IMG/VR virus record: IMGVR_UViG_3300045242_000006
Span: 33,287-97,286 of that record
Source: a virus
Length of the DNA: 64,000 nucleotides
Strand: one strand, 5' to 3'
Each line of letters begins with the position of its first letter. Within the stretch, counting starts at the first letter, position 1. The notes beneath the pieces are model-generated. The model did no database searches, was not told the DNA's origin, and saw only the letters and a program-made list of their open reading frames with translations. Shown here piece by piece: positions 45,999 through 56,194 of this stretch. Made by a program: the position numbers and the translations under genes.

Positions 45999-46092
45999 AA
46001 TGTACACTGATCTAGTAGGAATCGAACCTACATTTCAAGGGACTAAACGCCCAAGTGTCCTACCATATTAGACGAGTCAGCCAATGTACATT
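45999..46092 (-). ncRNA. Isolated tRNA-like element with extended acceptor stem, no CCA
   Basis: D arm GTCT-AATATGGT-AGGAC, T arm GTAGG-TTCGATT-CCTAC, terminal stem AATGTACATTGG/TCAGTGTACATT. Confidence 0.6.
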
Positions 46093-46100
46093 ACAAACGT

Positions 46101-46430
46101 TTAGTCTTCAAAGATGTACTCTGTACCGTCAATCTTAGCACGGGTCATCTTGGAGAGGGTGACGTTAACCCATGGGAATTTTTCACCCTTCGCCATCTTG
46201 ACAGGATCTGCCGCCGTGTAGTTGTCTGGATTGTGAGCCGCTGGATTGGCCTGCACAACCTCATTAGTACCACTCGCTAAAGCTTTGTTCATCCATTGCT
46301 TTAGCACACGTTCGGTGGTGGTGCCGTCCTTCTTCTGCCATGTTACCGCAAACATCTGACCTTTGTTAGCATCCAGAATCTCACGTTTACGTTCAATGGT
46401 AGCGCCTTTGATAACGATAGTAGTGCCCAT
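46101..46430 (-). CDS. Hypothetical protein (SH3/WYL-like)
   Basis: F.VTW.KKDGT..ER; promoter TTGACA-N17-TAGAAT. Confidence 0.7.
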   Translation of the reverse strand: MGTTIVIKGATIERKREILDANKGQMFAVTWQKKDGTTTERVLKQWMNKALASGTNEVVQANPAAHNPDNYTAADPVKMAKGEKFPWVNVTLSKMTRAKIDGTEYIFED

Positions 46431-46499
46431 GATTGCAACCCTCTGTGGTGTGGCCTCTCTGGCCCTGTACTAACATTCTAGGATAGGCTGAACAGCCTG

Positions 46500-46733
46500 T
46501 CAAGCTTTGTTGTTCAATTTTTTCAGTTCGTCATGAATGCCCGAAAGCACACACCACAACCCGCTACCGATTGCCCAGAAGATGAACCCAATCAAGCCAT
46601 AGACAAGGCCGATGAGCCAACCCGAGCTGACAACGACTAACGTCATCATCAGCGCCACACCGATCAGGCCAACTGCCACTAACACATCATTGGTCTTGAT
46701 TGCAAGGCGTTTCATGCTATTAATTTCGCTCAT
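46500..46733 (-). CDS. Membrane protein
   Basis: Two TM segments. Confidence 0.7.
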   Translation of the reverse strand: MSEINSMKRLAIKTNDVLVAVGLIGVALMMTLVVVSSGWLIGLVYGLIGFIFWAIGSGLWCVLSGIHDELKKLNNKA

Positions 46734-46884
46734 TTCATCAATCCTCTGAGTCAGGGACTACGACTGTTTGAAAGTCGTAATCATCCTGAGTAGCTTCGAT
46801 AACATCCTCAATTGACATTGTAGACGGAAACCAAAGACTGTCAACCATTACCGCCCCACCATGCCGCCAAATTTTGTAATACAT

Positions 46885-48000
46885 TTAGATCCGCTTCACA
46901 CCGTGTTGCTTAGCAAGGTAGAAATCATTCAGGTTTATCTGGCTTGCAACTTCTTTCAAAAGCCTGCTCTGCTCTGCAATGGTACGCTGAATTTCAGCCT
47001 TCTGCAACTCAAGTGCTTTGATCTTTTCAAGATACTCAGACACCTGCAATTGAGGTAGAGCCTCGACAGGCATTTTAGTCATCTTGTCTATATCTTTCCA
47101 GCTATAGACGCTAATGTCAGAGCCAATAGGACCGAAACCCGGAGAGGATGAGTCATCGTCATAGTTCAGAACATACAGCTCACCATCGTCCTTGTATTGG
47201 AAAATGTCACCTACTTTATAGCCCATCCGTCGGCATGGTGTCAAGCTTCCAACCAAACTATCATCCCACTCGGTTTTGATAGCGTGTACCAGCTCACCCA
47301 GTTGCAGCATACGATTTGCACCATACTCACCGCCCCACTTATCAGTGATGCTACCAAAACTTTCAGTCGGGCTCTGCCCATTAACGCCTTTGACAGGGTA
47401 GTGGTATTCACCGCTGTAGCTTGGAACCCTGCGGATCAAGTTTTCTTTGACCCAAGCCATTTGGCTATAATCAGCACCAGCCTTTCGAGCAAAAGTTTCA
47501 ATGTTGTCACAAATCCCGTAACTATAAGTCAGACCGTTAGGACGTGGATTGGCTATTGGAGCAGCACGGTAGAGTGTGACAGCTTCCAACATAGCTTCAA
47601 AGGTGTCAACAGCATTCTTCTGTAGTGGCGTGTAAATCACTTCACCGGGCCACGGCGATCTTGCTGGCGTGGGGAGCACTTTGCGGTAGTCAGTAGCCAT
47701 CATGGCTGCAACACTCTCTGGCGGTAGCATGGGCACAGGCAACGGCACCTGAGGGGAATCTACTGCGATGGCAACTCGCGGCTGTTCTGGGATGATTTCC
47801 AAATCCTCAATAAGGAAACACTTGCATCCAACAGTGCCGCACTCAGACTTAAAGAAAGGTAAGCGGGATTTATCGTCGTCGATAAGAATGAAGACCAAAT
47901 CACGTAGAGCCTCTGAGTACCCCTCACCTACCAAACGCAAACGGGTGACGTCTTCAATGAAGCCTTTCTCTTGTGCTGGTGTGAGTGTGGACGTTGTCAT
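46885..48000 (-). CDS. Hypothetical multidomain protein
   Basis: Start moved to MTTSTL; C-terminal coiled coil. Confidence 0.7.
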   Translation of the reverse strand: MTTSTLTPAQEKGFIEDVTRLRLVGEGYSEALRDLVFILIDDDKSRLPFFKSECGTVGCKCFLIEDLEIIPEQPRVAIAVDSPQVPLPVPMLPPESVAAMMATDYRKVLPTPARSPWPGEVIYTPLQKNAVDTFEAMLEAVTLYRAAPIANPRPNGLTYSYGICDNIETFARKAGADYSQMAWVKENLIRRVPSYSGEYHYPVKGVNGQSPTESFGSITDKWGGEYGANRMLQLGELVHAIKTEWDDSLVGSLTPCRRMGYKVGDIFQYKDDGELYVLNYDDDSSSPGFGPIGSDISVYSWKDIDKMTKMPVEALPQLQVSEYLEKIKALELQKAEIQRTIAEQSRLLKEVASQINLNDFYLAKQHGVKRI

Positions 48001-48282
48001 TGCTCTGTTTTCCCTTGCCTTAATGGCGTTCTGTTTAAGTGGGACCATCTTATCAAGTGTGGCCGGCCAGTCAAGCACTATTTTAAAAGAATTTTTCATT
48101 GGATGCGAATGATTCTACCTCTTATCCAGTGGGACATTGACGTGCTTCACGAAAAAGCTGTAGCACGTCGTTTTCCATTAACCAACCACTCTCTATAGAT
48201 TTACACCAATCTCTGTAAAAAACTGGCCGGGGATTTTCCCCCAAAGAGATGCCCGTTTCTGTGAAAACCTGTCCGGGGACTT

Positions 48283-48507
48283 TTAATCCCAGCTGAAGAT
48301 GCTACCTACCACATCGAGTGCCACGTCAGCAGCAGACTCAATCAGAGAGCCCGTGGCATAGCCTATAGCCACGCCAACCGCAACGTCGAGCACGGTTTCA
48401 ATGAAGTCAGTGTCACGACTGGAGCAAGAGTAGGACGTACACTTACCACTTCGGTGGTCGGATACAAAGGTATTGTGGCAAGAGTTGCAACGAAGACGGT
48501 AAGACAT
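48283..48507 (-). CDS. Small Zn-ribbon protein
   Basis: CNSC...C...C; AGGAG RBS and promoter. Confidence 0.65.
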   Translation of the reverse strand: MSYRLRCNSCHNTFVSDHRSGKCTSYSCSSRDTDFIETVLDVAVGVAIGYATGSLIESAADVALDVVGSIFSWD

Positions 48508-48693
48508 AAAGATTCTCCTATTGTTTAATGAGCAGTGAATGTATACTCTCTTATCGTTTCTGTCAAGAATCTTATAAGAAAAATATCCAGACGAATTTGC
48601 CTAGCGAACATCGCAGCGAAAAGTTTTGGCGACAGCAAATAATCCATAAAAGTAAGGCCAGCGAAAAGTTTTTGGCTGGAAGTAAATCTGGGA

Positions 48694-49293
48694 TTAAATA
48701 AGGGAACGACTAACCTCTAAGGCTTTAACAACCAGTGGATACTTCTTGTACACCTTTCTCATATTATCAATATGACGCAGCTTCTCCACTCTCCATGCTT
48801 GGTGGGCTTCATCCTCAGTTTCGTAAATCCCTAAGTACTTACCTCCAAATGGCGTAGTACACTTGGCAATAAATCTAACACCATCATACTTATAAAGCTC
48901 TACACCAGCTTTATACTCAGACACTTTACGTTCTCTGAGTACACTATTCACCACTACTGGAACGAACACACAAGTTTCCGGTGAATATATTTTATTACCC
49001 GGTACTAATAAATCTTTGTCCAACTGCCAAAACCTGCCACTCTCAACTTCCATATAACCCTTCTGAGAGTGGCACCACTCGACAAAAGTTTGGAAGTCTG
49101 TGAAGCTATTACTAGTCCCTTCGTAAGCGGGCTGCCTCTTCCATAGTGATGGTAAACATCTTGAGTTTACATTGTTCCAAAGCTTACCAGCTCTTGTGTG
49201 GTACACAATACCATCCTGACCATAACTTTTAAGCCACAGGCCGAAGCTACCTTTAACGTCCTCTTTAATTACGGACTGGTCTCGACTAGCCAA
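48694..49293 (-). CDS. HNH homing endonuclease (AP2-like C-terminus)
   Basis: LDKDLL..GNKIYSPETCVFVP..VN; YLG.Y.T..EAH.AW. Confidence 0.85.
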   Translation of the reverse strand: MASRDQSVIKEDVKGSFGLWLKSYGQDGIVYHTRAGKLWNNVNSRCLPSLWKRQPAYEGTSNSFTDFQTFVEWCHSQKGYMEVESGRFWQLDKDLLVPGNKIYSPETCVFVPVVVNSVLRERKVSEYKAGVELYKYDGVRFIAKCTTPFGGKYLGIYETEDEAHQAWRVEKLRHIDNMRKVYKKYPLVVKALEVSRSLI

Positions 49294-49472
49294 ACATTAA
49301 CCTCCTTCTATGTATTGTTTCAATTGACGTAAACTGAGGAATGGATCACTCACCACCAATCCATCACAACCTCTTGGCTTATATACCCAGCCGTTCTGCT
49401 CATGATAGATACGACCTATCTGCATCTTCTTCCACTTGACAGCGATATACCCTTCCTTCTGATCGTAGTTAA

Positions 49473-49709
49473 TCACTCTTCATCCTCGAAATCATCTTCC
49501 AGTGTATACGAGATGCCAAGATCAGCATAGGTCATTGCTTCAGGCACCATGATACAGTCAGGACCACTGTCCATACCACCATAAGACTCAGGGTCTTCCT
49601 CAATGGCACGTTCAGCCAACTCCTTGTTGAAGGTATATTGGATGGAAGTATAGCCGTCAGTGCCGCCAGCGATCAGGTATAGTGGTTTCAGCTTAACTAC
49701 GATGGTCAT
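49473..49709 (-). CDS. Hypothetical protein
   Basis: Coupled ORF. Confidence 0.65.
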   Translation of the reverse strand: MTIVVKLKPLYLIAGGTDGYTSIQYTFNKELAERAIEEDPESYGGMDSGPDCIMVPEAMTYADLGISYTLEDDFEDEE

Positions 49710-50050
49710 TTAAACTCCCCCTTCAAAAGTGCGATTTCTTCTGGTGTAAGCTTAGCCATTGCTGCTTCAACTCTGGCCTTACGTTCAGCTTCACGTTGAG
49801 CTGTGACATCGGCAAAACATGTAGGAGTGTAGCCCTCAAGGATGTACAAGTCAGGGCCATCTTCAATAGCGTGTTTTTGCTTTACATCTCCGGGTCCACC
49901 ATACCATCCTTTGTTCTTGGCTGCAAACTCTGCTTCGTGTTTATGACGATGTACACTGAGCATGCTTCTACAGCGTCCGAACTCATCATGAACTTCGTAG
50001 GCAACGAATACTGTAACGATTGCACTCTGAATATCAGTAAGACCTTTCAT
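49706..50050 (-). CDS. Hypothetical protein
   Basis: AKLTPEE..LL C-terminus; promoter TTGACA-N16-TAGAAT. Confidence 0.7.
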   Translation of the reverse strand: MKGLTDIQSAIVTVFVAYEVHDEFGRCRSMLSVHRHKHEAEFAAKNKGWYGGPGDVKQKHAIEDGPDLYILEGYTPTCFADVTAQREAERKARVEAAMAKLTPEEIALLKGEFK

Positions 50051-50185
50051 TTGATTCTCCGTTGTTTGTCTTGATGTGGCCCATTCTACAGTAACCAGAC
50101 TTCCTGTCAACCACTAAATCACTTTACTATAGGCAAACAAAAGCCCTCCGAAGAGGGCTCTTAATACCACATACCAGCAGTGTAT

Positions 50186-50380
50186 TCAGTAACGAATGCC
50201 TGTGCGTTCGAACAGTGCAGTAGCCAGCTCGTTAATCCTACCTTCCAACCACATCTTATGACTAGGGATTGTGCAAGCTTTCAGGCTCACTCGAAAGGCT
50301 TCTAGCTTAACGCGGAGAATCCTAAGCTGTTCTTTAGCGTAGTATGCTTCTCTTACAGCGGGGATTGTTGTATCGGCCAT
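50186..50380 (-). CDS. Hypothetical protein
   Basis: AAGGAG RBS; terminator at 50141-50160. Confidence 0.6.
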   Translation of the reverse strand: MADTTIPAVREAYYAKEQLRILRVKLEAFRVSLKACTIPSHKMWLEGRINELATALFERTGIRY

Positions 50381-50598
50381 TCGTTGGCTCCTTATGTGAG
50401 AGAATCCATCCTAGCTTAGTATAGCACCGTTCGTCGGCTGTGTCTACTAATACTTACTCATCAGCTGGTTTCGCTTCCCAAATCCCACGACCAGAGCGAC
50501 GACGTTCACGAGTGTTACGAGTCTTCTTACGCTCTTCACGCTTGGCCTTGTCGTATTCGTAGTCCTTATTATACTCTTCTGCTTTAAAACTTCTCAAA

Positions 50599-50820
50599 CT
50601 ACATCCCTCTCACTGTTAAATTACGTTTCACTTGCATTACCACTTCAATATCCTCACTGATGCTACGGAATTGATCAGTAGTGATAGTCATATCAGCATG
50701 CCACGCTGCAAGCAACCCTCGTACAAAGGTAGCATGTGACACAGCATCACGGTATGTTTGTGCAGCGACAACCAGCTTATAGAAGCTCTGGATGTATTTA
50801 ATCTTTTGATCTGTGGTCAT
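50599..50820 (-). CDS. Hypothetical protein
   Basis: Coupled ORF. Confidence 0.6.
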   Translation of the reverse strand: MTTDQKIKYIQSFYKLVVAAQTYRDAVSHATFVRGLLAAWHADMTITTDQFRSISEDIEVVMQVKRNLTVRGM

Positions 50821-51077
50821 GCACCTTTAACTCCAATCTGTAGAATAAAACCATCTTTGTCTTTAGACAGCTCAAAGCGGTTGCCATAGATATATTCAAC
50901 CTCAGAGGTATCGCCTATATCCTTCCATTGCTGGTATTCAATAGTGGTGTAGAAGTCCTCTACACTGCAAGTACCGCCTTGTTGGTAATATCCTCCACCA
51001 TCATAGTGTACCAGAGTTTGCACTCTAGCATCTTGTGGCATTGTCTTCAACCATTCAATCAGTTCAGATACGATCAT
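50817..51077 (-). CDS. Hypothetical protein
   Basis: M.VSELIE.LK.MPQDA N-terminus. Confidence 0.65.
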   Translation of the reverse strand: MIVSELIEWLKTMPQDARVQTLVHYDGGGYYQQGGTCSVEDFYTTIEYQQWKDIGDTSEVEYIYGNRFELSKDKDGFILQIGVKGA

Positions 51078-51490
51078 ACCCTGCCGCCCAATCTTGCAAA
51101 CAGGTAGTGGTCGGGCGTAATACCGTCTTGAGCCAACCTTGCGTTGATTCGATACTGGATCAGATCACTAGCATTCTGTTCGCCCATCTTCTCACGAACA
51201 ACATCTTGGCAATCCCAGTGACACTTTAACAGGCCATTGAAGGTTTGTCCATTAATCATTGGGAGGTTACAGCCGGGGCAGTTAGACATGACTGATAACG
51301 CCCTTTTGCCCACGTTTAAGGTCAGTTTTGCTGTGACTTAACCGGTAGAATGCTGTAATTTGTTTGGTGTCAGGTTCATAGAAACTGTACTCCAGCTTTG
51401 TGTACTCAGCTGTTGCCTGCTGTCCGACGAGCCAGTTTTGGTAATCTTCTTCAGTTTCAGCCCTTCCGCACCGCTGTTTGATAACATTAC

Positions 51491-51865
51491 TCACTTCTGT
51501 TTCTCCATACGCTTGATAGCCTTGTCAAAGATGCCACGACCAATCTTCATACCCTTAACACCCAAAGCTTCAAACTGACCCTTCATCTGGTTAGCACCAT
51601 GGCAGCACGCTACAACATTTCCAGCGATATAGCCCTTGGAGCCGTCGATACGGTCAATGGTGGCGTCTGAGAGACGCATTTCACTTTTACCATCGCTCTT
51701 AGTGAGTGGCAAGCCAGTATAGTAGCAACGCTTGGCACCCATCAGATTCTTCATCGACTGGAATGTCAGAGTGAATTCGATGCCACGTTTCTTGGCGTTC
51801 TCTGCTTTCCAAGCCAAATGCTTGGCACAGTACAGGTCGAATTCAGCTTTGGTGAAGTTGCTCAT
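51491..51865 (-). CDS. HNH-fold protein
   Basis: CYYTG...TIDRIDGSKGY..GNVVACC..AN.MK. Confidence 0.8.
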   Translation of the reverse strand: MSNFTKAEFDLYCAKHLAWKAENAKKRGIEFTLTFQSMKNLMGAKRCYYTGLPLTKSDGKSEMRLSDATIDRIDGSKGYIAGNVVACCHGANQMKGQFEALGVKGMKIGRGIFDKAIKRMEKQK

Positions 51866-52203
51866 CTTTATTGTTCCTTAACGACGAAAGGCGATGGAAA
51901 TAACAAGTGCACCAATAATGGTGGTTACGATATTTTGTGTTGCATCTAATCCGAATGCTGGTGTGATTGCGATAGCAGTAAACAGACCCCAAACGCCAGA
52001 CCAAATCATAGCTTCTACATTCATATTAGACTCCAACCTTGTGGCAGATATAATTTAGTCCAGACACCAGACCAGCCCACAATGCTACGTTATTCTGTTC
52101 AGTCAAGAGGGCCATCACTGCAATGACGCCAGCGAACAGTGCGATTTCTTTACGATAATCTACAAGCATTAATATGTCTCTCCGTTGTTTAATGTGTCAG
52201 ATA

Positions 52204-52719
52204 TTATAGGACTTGCTTCAGATCGTCAAGCGTTAACCCTTTTGCTTTCAGAATAACATCCAAAGAAGCTTTCGTTTCTTTTGCAAGATCGAATTTCTTC
52301 CTGTCAAGTGCCTGTGCGAACAGGCTTTCAACTTCAGCGAACGTTCTGCCCTCGACACCAACAAGAAAGTCAAAAACCTTATGAAAGGGGTTCTCTACTT
52401 TATGTGCAACGGCAACAGGGGTCTTTCTTTGAACTGCAACAGCCTCTTCAAAGTTCAACTTACCTTTGTTATCTGCCATGATCCAATTACTGATTCGGGT
52501 TGCCCAAGTCCAGTAGCGTTCACCAGTTGCATCAGACAATGCTGATGCAATTTTTGTATTCATCACTTTTGATCCCTTGATCATATTAACAATCATCTTT
52601 TTATCTCGGATCAAAAATACTTTTCGTACTGTGCTGTATTCTTCGTTTGCTTCGCCAGTCGTGGTCGCACGTTTACAAGCTTCAAGAACGAAGTCTACAA
52701 TTTGAGGCAAGGTGAACAT
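52204..52719 (-). CDS. Hypothetical protein
   Basis: TAATG-coupled to the NTase gene. Confidence 0.75.
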   Translation of the reverse strand: MFTLPQIVDFVLEACKRATTTGEANEEYSTVRKVFLIRDKKMIVNMIKGSKVMNTKIASALSDATGERYWTWATRISNWIMADNKGKLNFEEAVAVQRKTPVAVAHKVENPFHKVFDFLVGVEGRTFAEVESLFAQALDRKKFDLAKETKASLDVILKAKGLTLDDLKQVL

Positions 52720-53723
52720 TAGTATGTCTCTCCAGTGTAAGGTTTCAGAAGATGTTGGTTCTTGTTGAACCGTTCGATATAGTCATTCTCGCCTAGTTCA
52801 TTGTACAGGTCAAGCACTTTTTGATAATTTTCCCAAGCATATTCCCTAAACCAGCCTGACGTAATACTTGTGCACACCTTCATCAGAGCCATCTCAAAGC
52901 TCCACCGAGCACTTGGCCCACCTTCCTTACCCAAACCATGGGGAATCTGCGAACGCTCAAGGGCGAGCACGCACGCCTCTTCATAGACGCCATAAAGACG
53001 TACTTGTTCCGGTACTGACATGAATTTCTCCTTAGAGGTCATCACCTCAGAACCGTCTTTCATGTAATAGGTATAGGCTGGTGTTGGTTTGCCCCAATTG
53101 CCACCCATCTGCTCATACAGCCAATCACGCTCCACACTCAAAGCCACAGCCAAGTGGATGCTATCGTGATCGTACACGTAATTCACACCATCACCATTGA
53201 AGAAGTCTTTAGAACTGACGTTCAGCTTTGGGTGTTTGTAGGTGTAGCTTTCACTCTCACGAAGCTTGAGTAGCGCCAAATTAGCGGGATTCTGTGTTAA
53301 CCAATACTTCACATCCCCGGACCCAATCTTCTCACGCAGGAAGTGGATATCTCCCATAGTTTTCAAGAAGTGTGGACTGTTCTTTTTATAACGATGACTC
53401 TGCTTGATTAGCAACAGATCTTCGTTGACAGCGATAGCAGGCTCAAGCATCACAATGTCTTTGATGCCGTAGTGCTCAAGCAGAGACTCAGCAGACGTAC
53501 CTTCCCAAGCAATCTCAAACTCGTAGTTCATGCCATCTTTATCACGGCAGTGATAGTATTTACCACCTTCAGTTGGGACAGCAAACTTCAGCATTCCTTT
53601 GTTGGCCTTGTGCCAAGCAGTGAACTGTTCGATGGTGCAGATATAATCCCAGTCAATGCACTTACGTGTCTCTGCAATTTCTGGGTTGTTTGCCACGAGG
53701 GCGCGAGAGCCTACAAGAAGCAT
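52719..53723 (-). CDS. Pol-beta-family nucleotidyltransferase-like protein
   Basis: LVGSRA...IDWDY (hGS...DxD); C-terminal YDHDSIH, EEA.V.ALER, CTSITSGWFR. Confidence 0.75.
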   Translation of the reverse strand: MLLVGSRALVANNPEIAETRKCIDWDYICTIEQFTAWHKANKGMLKFAVPTEGGKYYHCRDKDGMNYEFEIAWEGTSAESLLEHYGIKDIVMLEPAIAVNEDLLLIKQSHRYKKNSPHFLKTMGDIHFLREKIGSGDVKYWLTQNPANLALLKLRESESYTYKHPKLNVSSKDFFNGDGVNYVYDHDSIHLAVALSVERDWLYEQMGGNWGKPTPAYTYYMKDGSEVMTSKEKFMSVPEQVRLYGVYEEACVLALERSQIPHGLGKEGGPSARWSFEMALMKVCTSITSGWFREYAWENYQKVLDLYNELGENDYIERFNKNQHLLKPYTGETY

Positions 53724-53734
53724 GATGAATCCCC

Positions 53735-54082
53735 TTAGATGAATTTGATACCGGCTTTTTGCATAATCAGATTATAAACCATTGCTTGTTGTTCAAGCTC
53801 TTTGATTTGAGCGTAGATATCTTTGCAGTTTCTAACTGCTTCGTCAAGACTTATTTCAGTGGTTTCCACACCAACAGGTGGGTAGGTTTTAGCAGCTTCA
53901 ATATAAAGTTTGAATTTAGACTCATCGTAAGTGTAAGCACTCAGATCATTACCCTCCGTATCACACAGATATAGGTAGTCAAAATCTTCATGGTTTTTGA
54001 CCAAGTAGACACCACCCTTTTTAGTGCCTCTAAAGTCACCTTGAATCCTTATGACCTTGTCACCTTTTTGAAATTGTGGCAC
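53735..54082 (-). CDS. Hypothetical protein (SH3-like N-terminus, coiled-coil C-terminus)
   Basis: GTG start with GAGGA RBS; promoter TTGACA at 54137-54142. Confidence 0.65.
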   Translation of the reverse strand: MPQFQKGDKVIRIQGDFRGTKKGGVYLVKNHEDFDYLYLCDTEGNDLSAYTYDESKFKLYIEAAKTYPPVGVETTEISLDEAVRNCKDIYAQIKELEQQAMVYNLIMQKAGIKFI

Positions 54083-54160
54083 TTCTAAATCCTCGTTTGT
54101 TTGTGTGGAATAGATGATATAGAAACGCCCCGGAGCTGTCAACCCCGAGGCGTAATCATT

Positions 54161-54400
54161 TTAGCAATTTTGGCTAGAGGCTCGCCAGAAGCTCTGGCCT
54201 TCATCAAGGCCGTGGTGATCACGGTCGTCTTCATCCACTTCAGAAGCAGGTACGTAGTAGCCACCCATACCGTAACCACCAAGATTCATAGTGAATCCAA
54301 GGTCATGTTCATCAGCGATGCTTTCAGCTTCCCACACAAGCTTCTGGGCTTGGTCAAGCAGAACTCCAATCTGTTTCAACACTTCACGTTTATCAGTCAT
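54161..54400 (-). CDS. WxSSxC-tail protein 1
   Basis: AAGGAG RBS; ends FWRASSQNC*. Confidence 0.75.
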   Translation of the reverse strand: MTDKREVLKQIGVLLDQAQKLVWEAESIADEHDLGFTMNLGGYGMGGYYVPASEVDEDDRDHHGLDEGQSFWRASSQNC

Positions 54401-54410
54401 TTCATTCTCC

Positions 54411-54875
54411 TTAGCAGCGGGAACTATTCCAGTCAGAGTTTTCATCAAGGTCGGCAACACCCATAGGCATACGGCAGGAGTACGGTAATGCCGCATCATG
54501 GCTTAGTGTGATTGCTTCTTGTACAGCATTGAAGGCAACCTCATTCAACTCAGCGATACGCTTCACAGCATTCTCACGCTTGGCTTTGATATCAGCAACA
54601 TACGTTGGGTTTTCAGTGATGAACTTTTCATAGTCATCACGTGTGCATGTCTGCCCTTCGTCATACTCTTCAAGGTATTTGAACACACCATCACAATCAA
54701 AGCCAAGATCAAGCGCAACCTGTTCGCCATTCCAACGTTCCCAAGTTTGTCCAGTCTTCCAGCCTTCAAAATGCACTTCACAGTTGTCCTGAGAAGCTTC
54801 TACAGCTTCAGGCCATTGACGCCAGTCAATATTTTCTTCTGCGAATTTCAGTGCCAGATATTTTACCAGTTCCAT
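54411..54875 (-). CDS. WxSSxC-tail protein 2
   Basis: Start MELVKY; ends DWNSSRC*. Confidence 0.75.
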   Translation of the reverse strand: MELVKYLALKFAEENIDWRQWPEAVEASQDNCEVHFEGWKTGQTWERWNGEQVALDLGFDCDGVFKYLEEYDEGQTCTRDDYEKFITENPTYVADIKAKRENAVKRIAELNEVAFNAVQEAITLSHDAALPYSCRMPMGVADLDENSDWNSSRC

Positions 54876-55279
54876 TAGACGTTCCACCCATAGTCGTAGC
54901 CTTCCTGAGCAGAGGTTTCCCACTCACAACCACCAGACGATTCCCACAGAGAAGCTGGGGTGTATGTGTTGACAAAGCCATCACGATCTTCAAAAGTGAA
55001 TGGTACTTCAGCCGATTCAGCAGTCTCAGAAGCCCACTCTTTAATCAGGTCGTACAGCGCATCATAGTCCAGATCGAGTGCACCCTCTTCAGGCAGATCC
55101 TTCAAAACCAAGGCCAGCTTGGCAAGGTTGGCCATTTCATTGCTGGACAGGCCGTCCAGATCGTAAGTGTTGTACGAACCTGTGGCGCCATTGTGATAGG
55201 TGTAGGTTACAGTTTGAGCAACCAGATCAATACCAGCACCGATGTGTTTACGTGCATTTTCAACAGTAGTAGAAGCCAT
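54875..55279 (-). CDS. WxSSxC-motif protein 3 (tandem sub-terminal motifs)
   Basis: AAGGAG RBS; ...LWESSGGCEWETSAQEGYDYGWNV*. Confidence 0.75.
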   Translation of the reverse strand: MASTTVENARKHIGAGIDLVAQTVTYTYHNGATGSYNTYDLDGLSSNEMANLAKLALVLKDLPEEGALDLDYDALYDLIKEWASETAESAEVPFTFEDRDGFVNTYTPASLWESSGGCEWETSAQEGYDYGWNV

Positions 55280-55330
55280 TTGTTTCTCCTTTATTAAGAA
55301 AATTATTTTACTTGGTGGAAATATTGCCAC

Positions 55331-55771
55331 TTAGCAATACATCGAACTGGAATCCCAATCAACGCTGTCAATCAGACGGAAGTCATTAGTGTGTCGGCCA
55401 ACTTTGATATCCGCTGGAATGTTGTATTCATTTGCCAGTGCCAACAGTTCATTCATAGCTGGACCCACTTGAGCAACAAGCTCAGCAACACGTTCTACAG
55501 CTTCCCGCCGTGCCTTATTGTAAGCCATGTGCTCTTCAGCAAAAGGGCCATCAATGTAGGCCAACACTTCTTCTACAGAGAAGGTATTACACTCCAGTTC
55601 GAAATCATATCTATCTGGACCCAGACGCTCGCTGTCCAGATAATGCTCATCCAGATATTTATTACCATCCATTACGTTGATATCTTGATAACTTGTTACG
55701 ACAGTCTTACCATCTTCCAAGCTCAACTTACCATTTACCACTTGCATCGCAACATACAGAAGAGTTTTCAT
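55331..55771 (-). CDS. WxSSxC-tail protein 4
   Basis: Ends DWDSSSMYC*. Confidence 0.78.
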   Translation of the reverse strand: MKTLLYVAMQVVNGKLSLEDGKTVVTSYQDINVMDGNKYLDEHYLDSERLGPDRYDFELECNTFSVEEVLAYIDGPFAEEHMAYNKARREAVERVAELVAQVGPAMNELLALANEYNIPADIKVGRHTNDFRLIDSVDWDSSSMYC

Positions 55772-56184
55772 TACGCTTTCTTTCCTCCTTCAGCGAGACG
55801 ATTCTCGATTTTATGGTCTGCCCGTTGGGCATTGTAATATAGCTTATCCACGATTGCACCAGCCAAATCCCAACCTTCGTGACCAGCTAGGTCCAATAGG
55901 CGAATCATTGCGTCAGCAGCTTCAACCTCAGCCATTGGACGATCCTTCAAGTGGTCATCCATCAGACCCTTGCGAACACCCTCGACAGCCTCACTCACTT
56001 CAGAGTGTACCAATGCCAGCTTGGACAGAATCAAAGTGATATCGTTCTTCGGATGCGGCACACCTGTAACGATATTATGCCACCAGCCAGCTTCTACATT
56101 ACCATTATAGATGGTGTGTTGCAAGTGACCCAGTGCCTGATGGATACGTGCTACTTCAAATACTTCTAGATTGTTAATGCTCAA
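55771..56184 (-). CDS. MazG-like NTP pyrophosphohydrolase
   Basis: LALVHSEVSEAVEG.RK...E.ADA.IR.LD; TTG start with AAGGAG. Confidence 0.85.
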   Translation of the reverse strand: MSINNLEVFEVARIHQALGHLQHTIYNGNVEAGWWHNIVTGVPHPKNDITLILSKLALVHSEVSEAVEGVRKGLMDDHLKDRPMAEVEAADAMIRLLDLAGHEGWDLAGAIVDKLYYNAQRADHKIENRLAEGGKKA

Positions 56185-56194
56185 TGTTTTCTCC

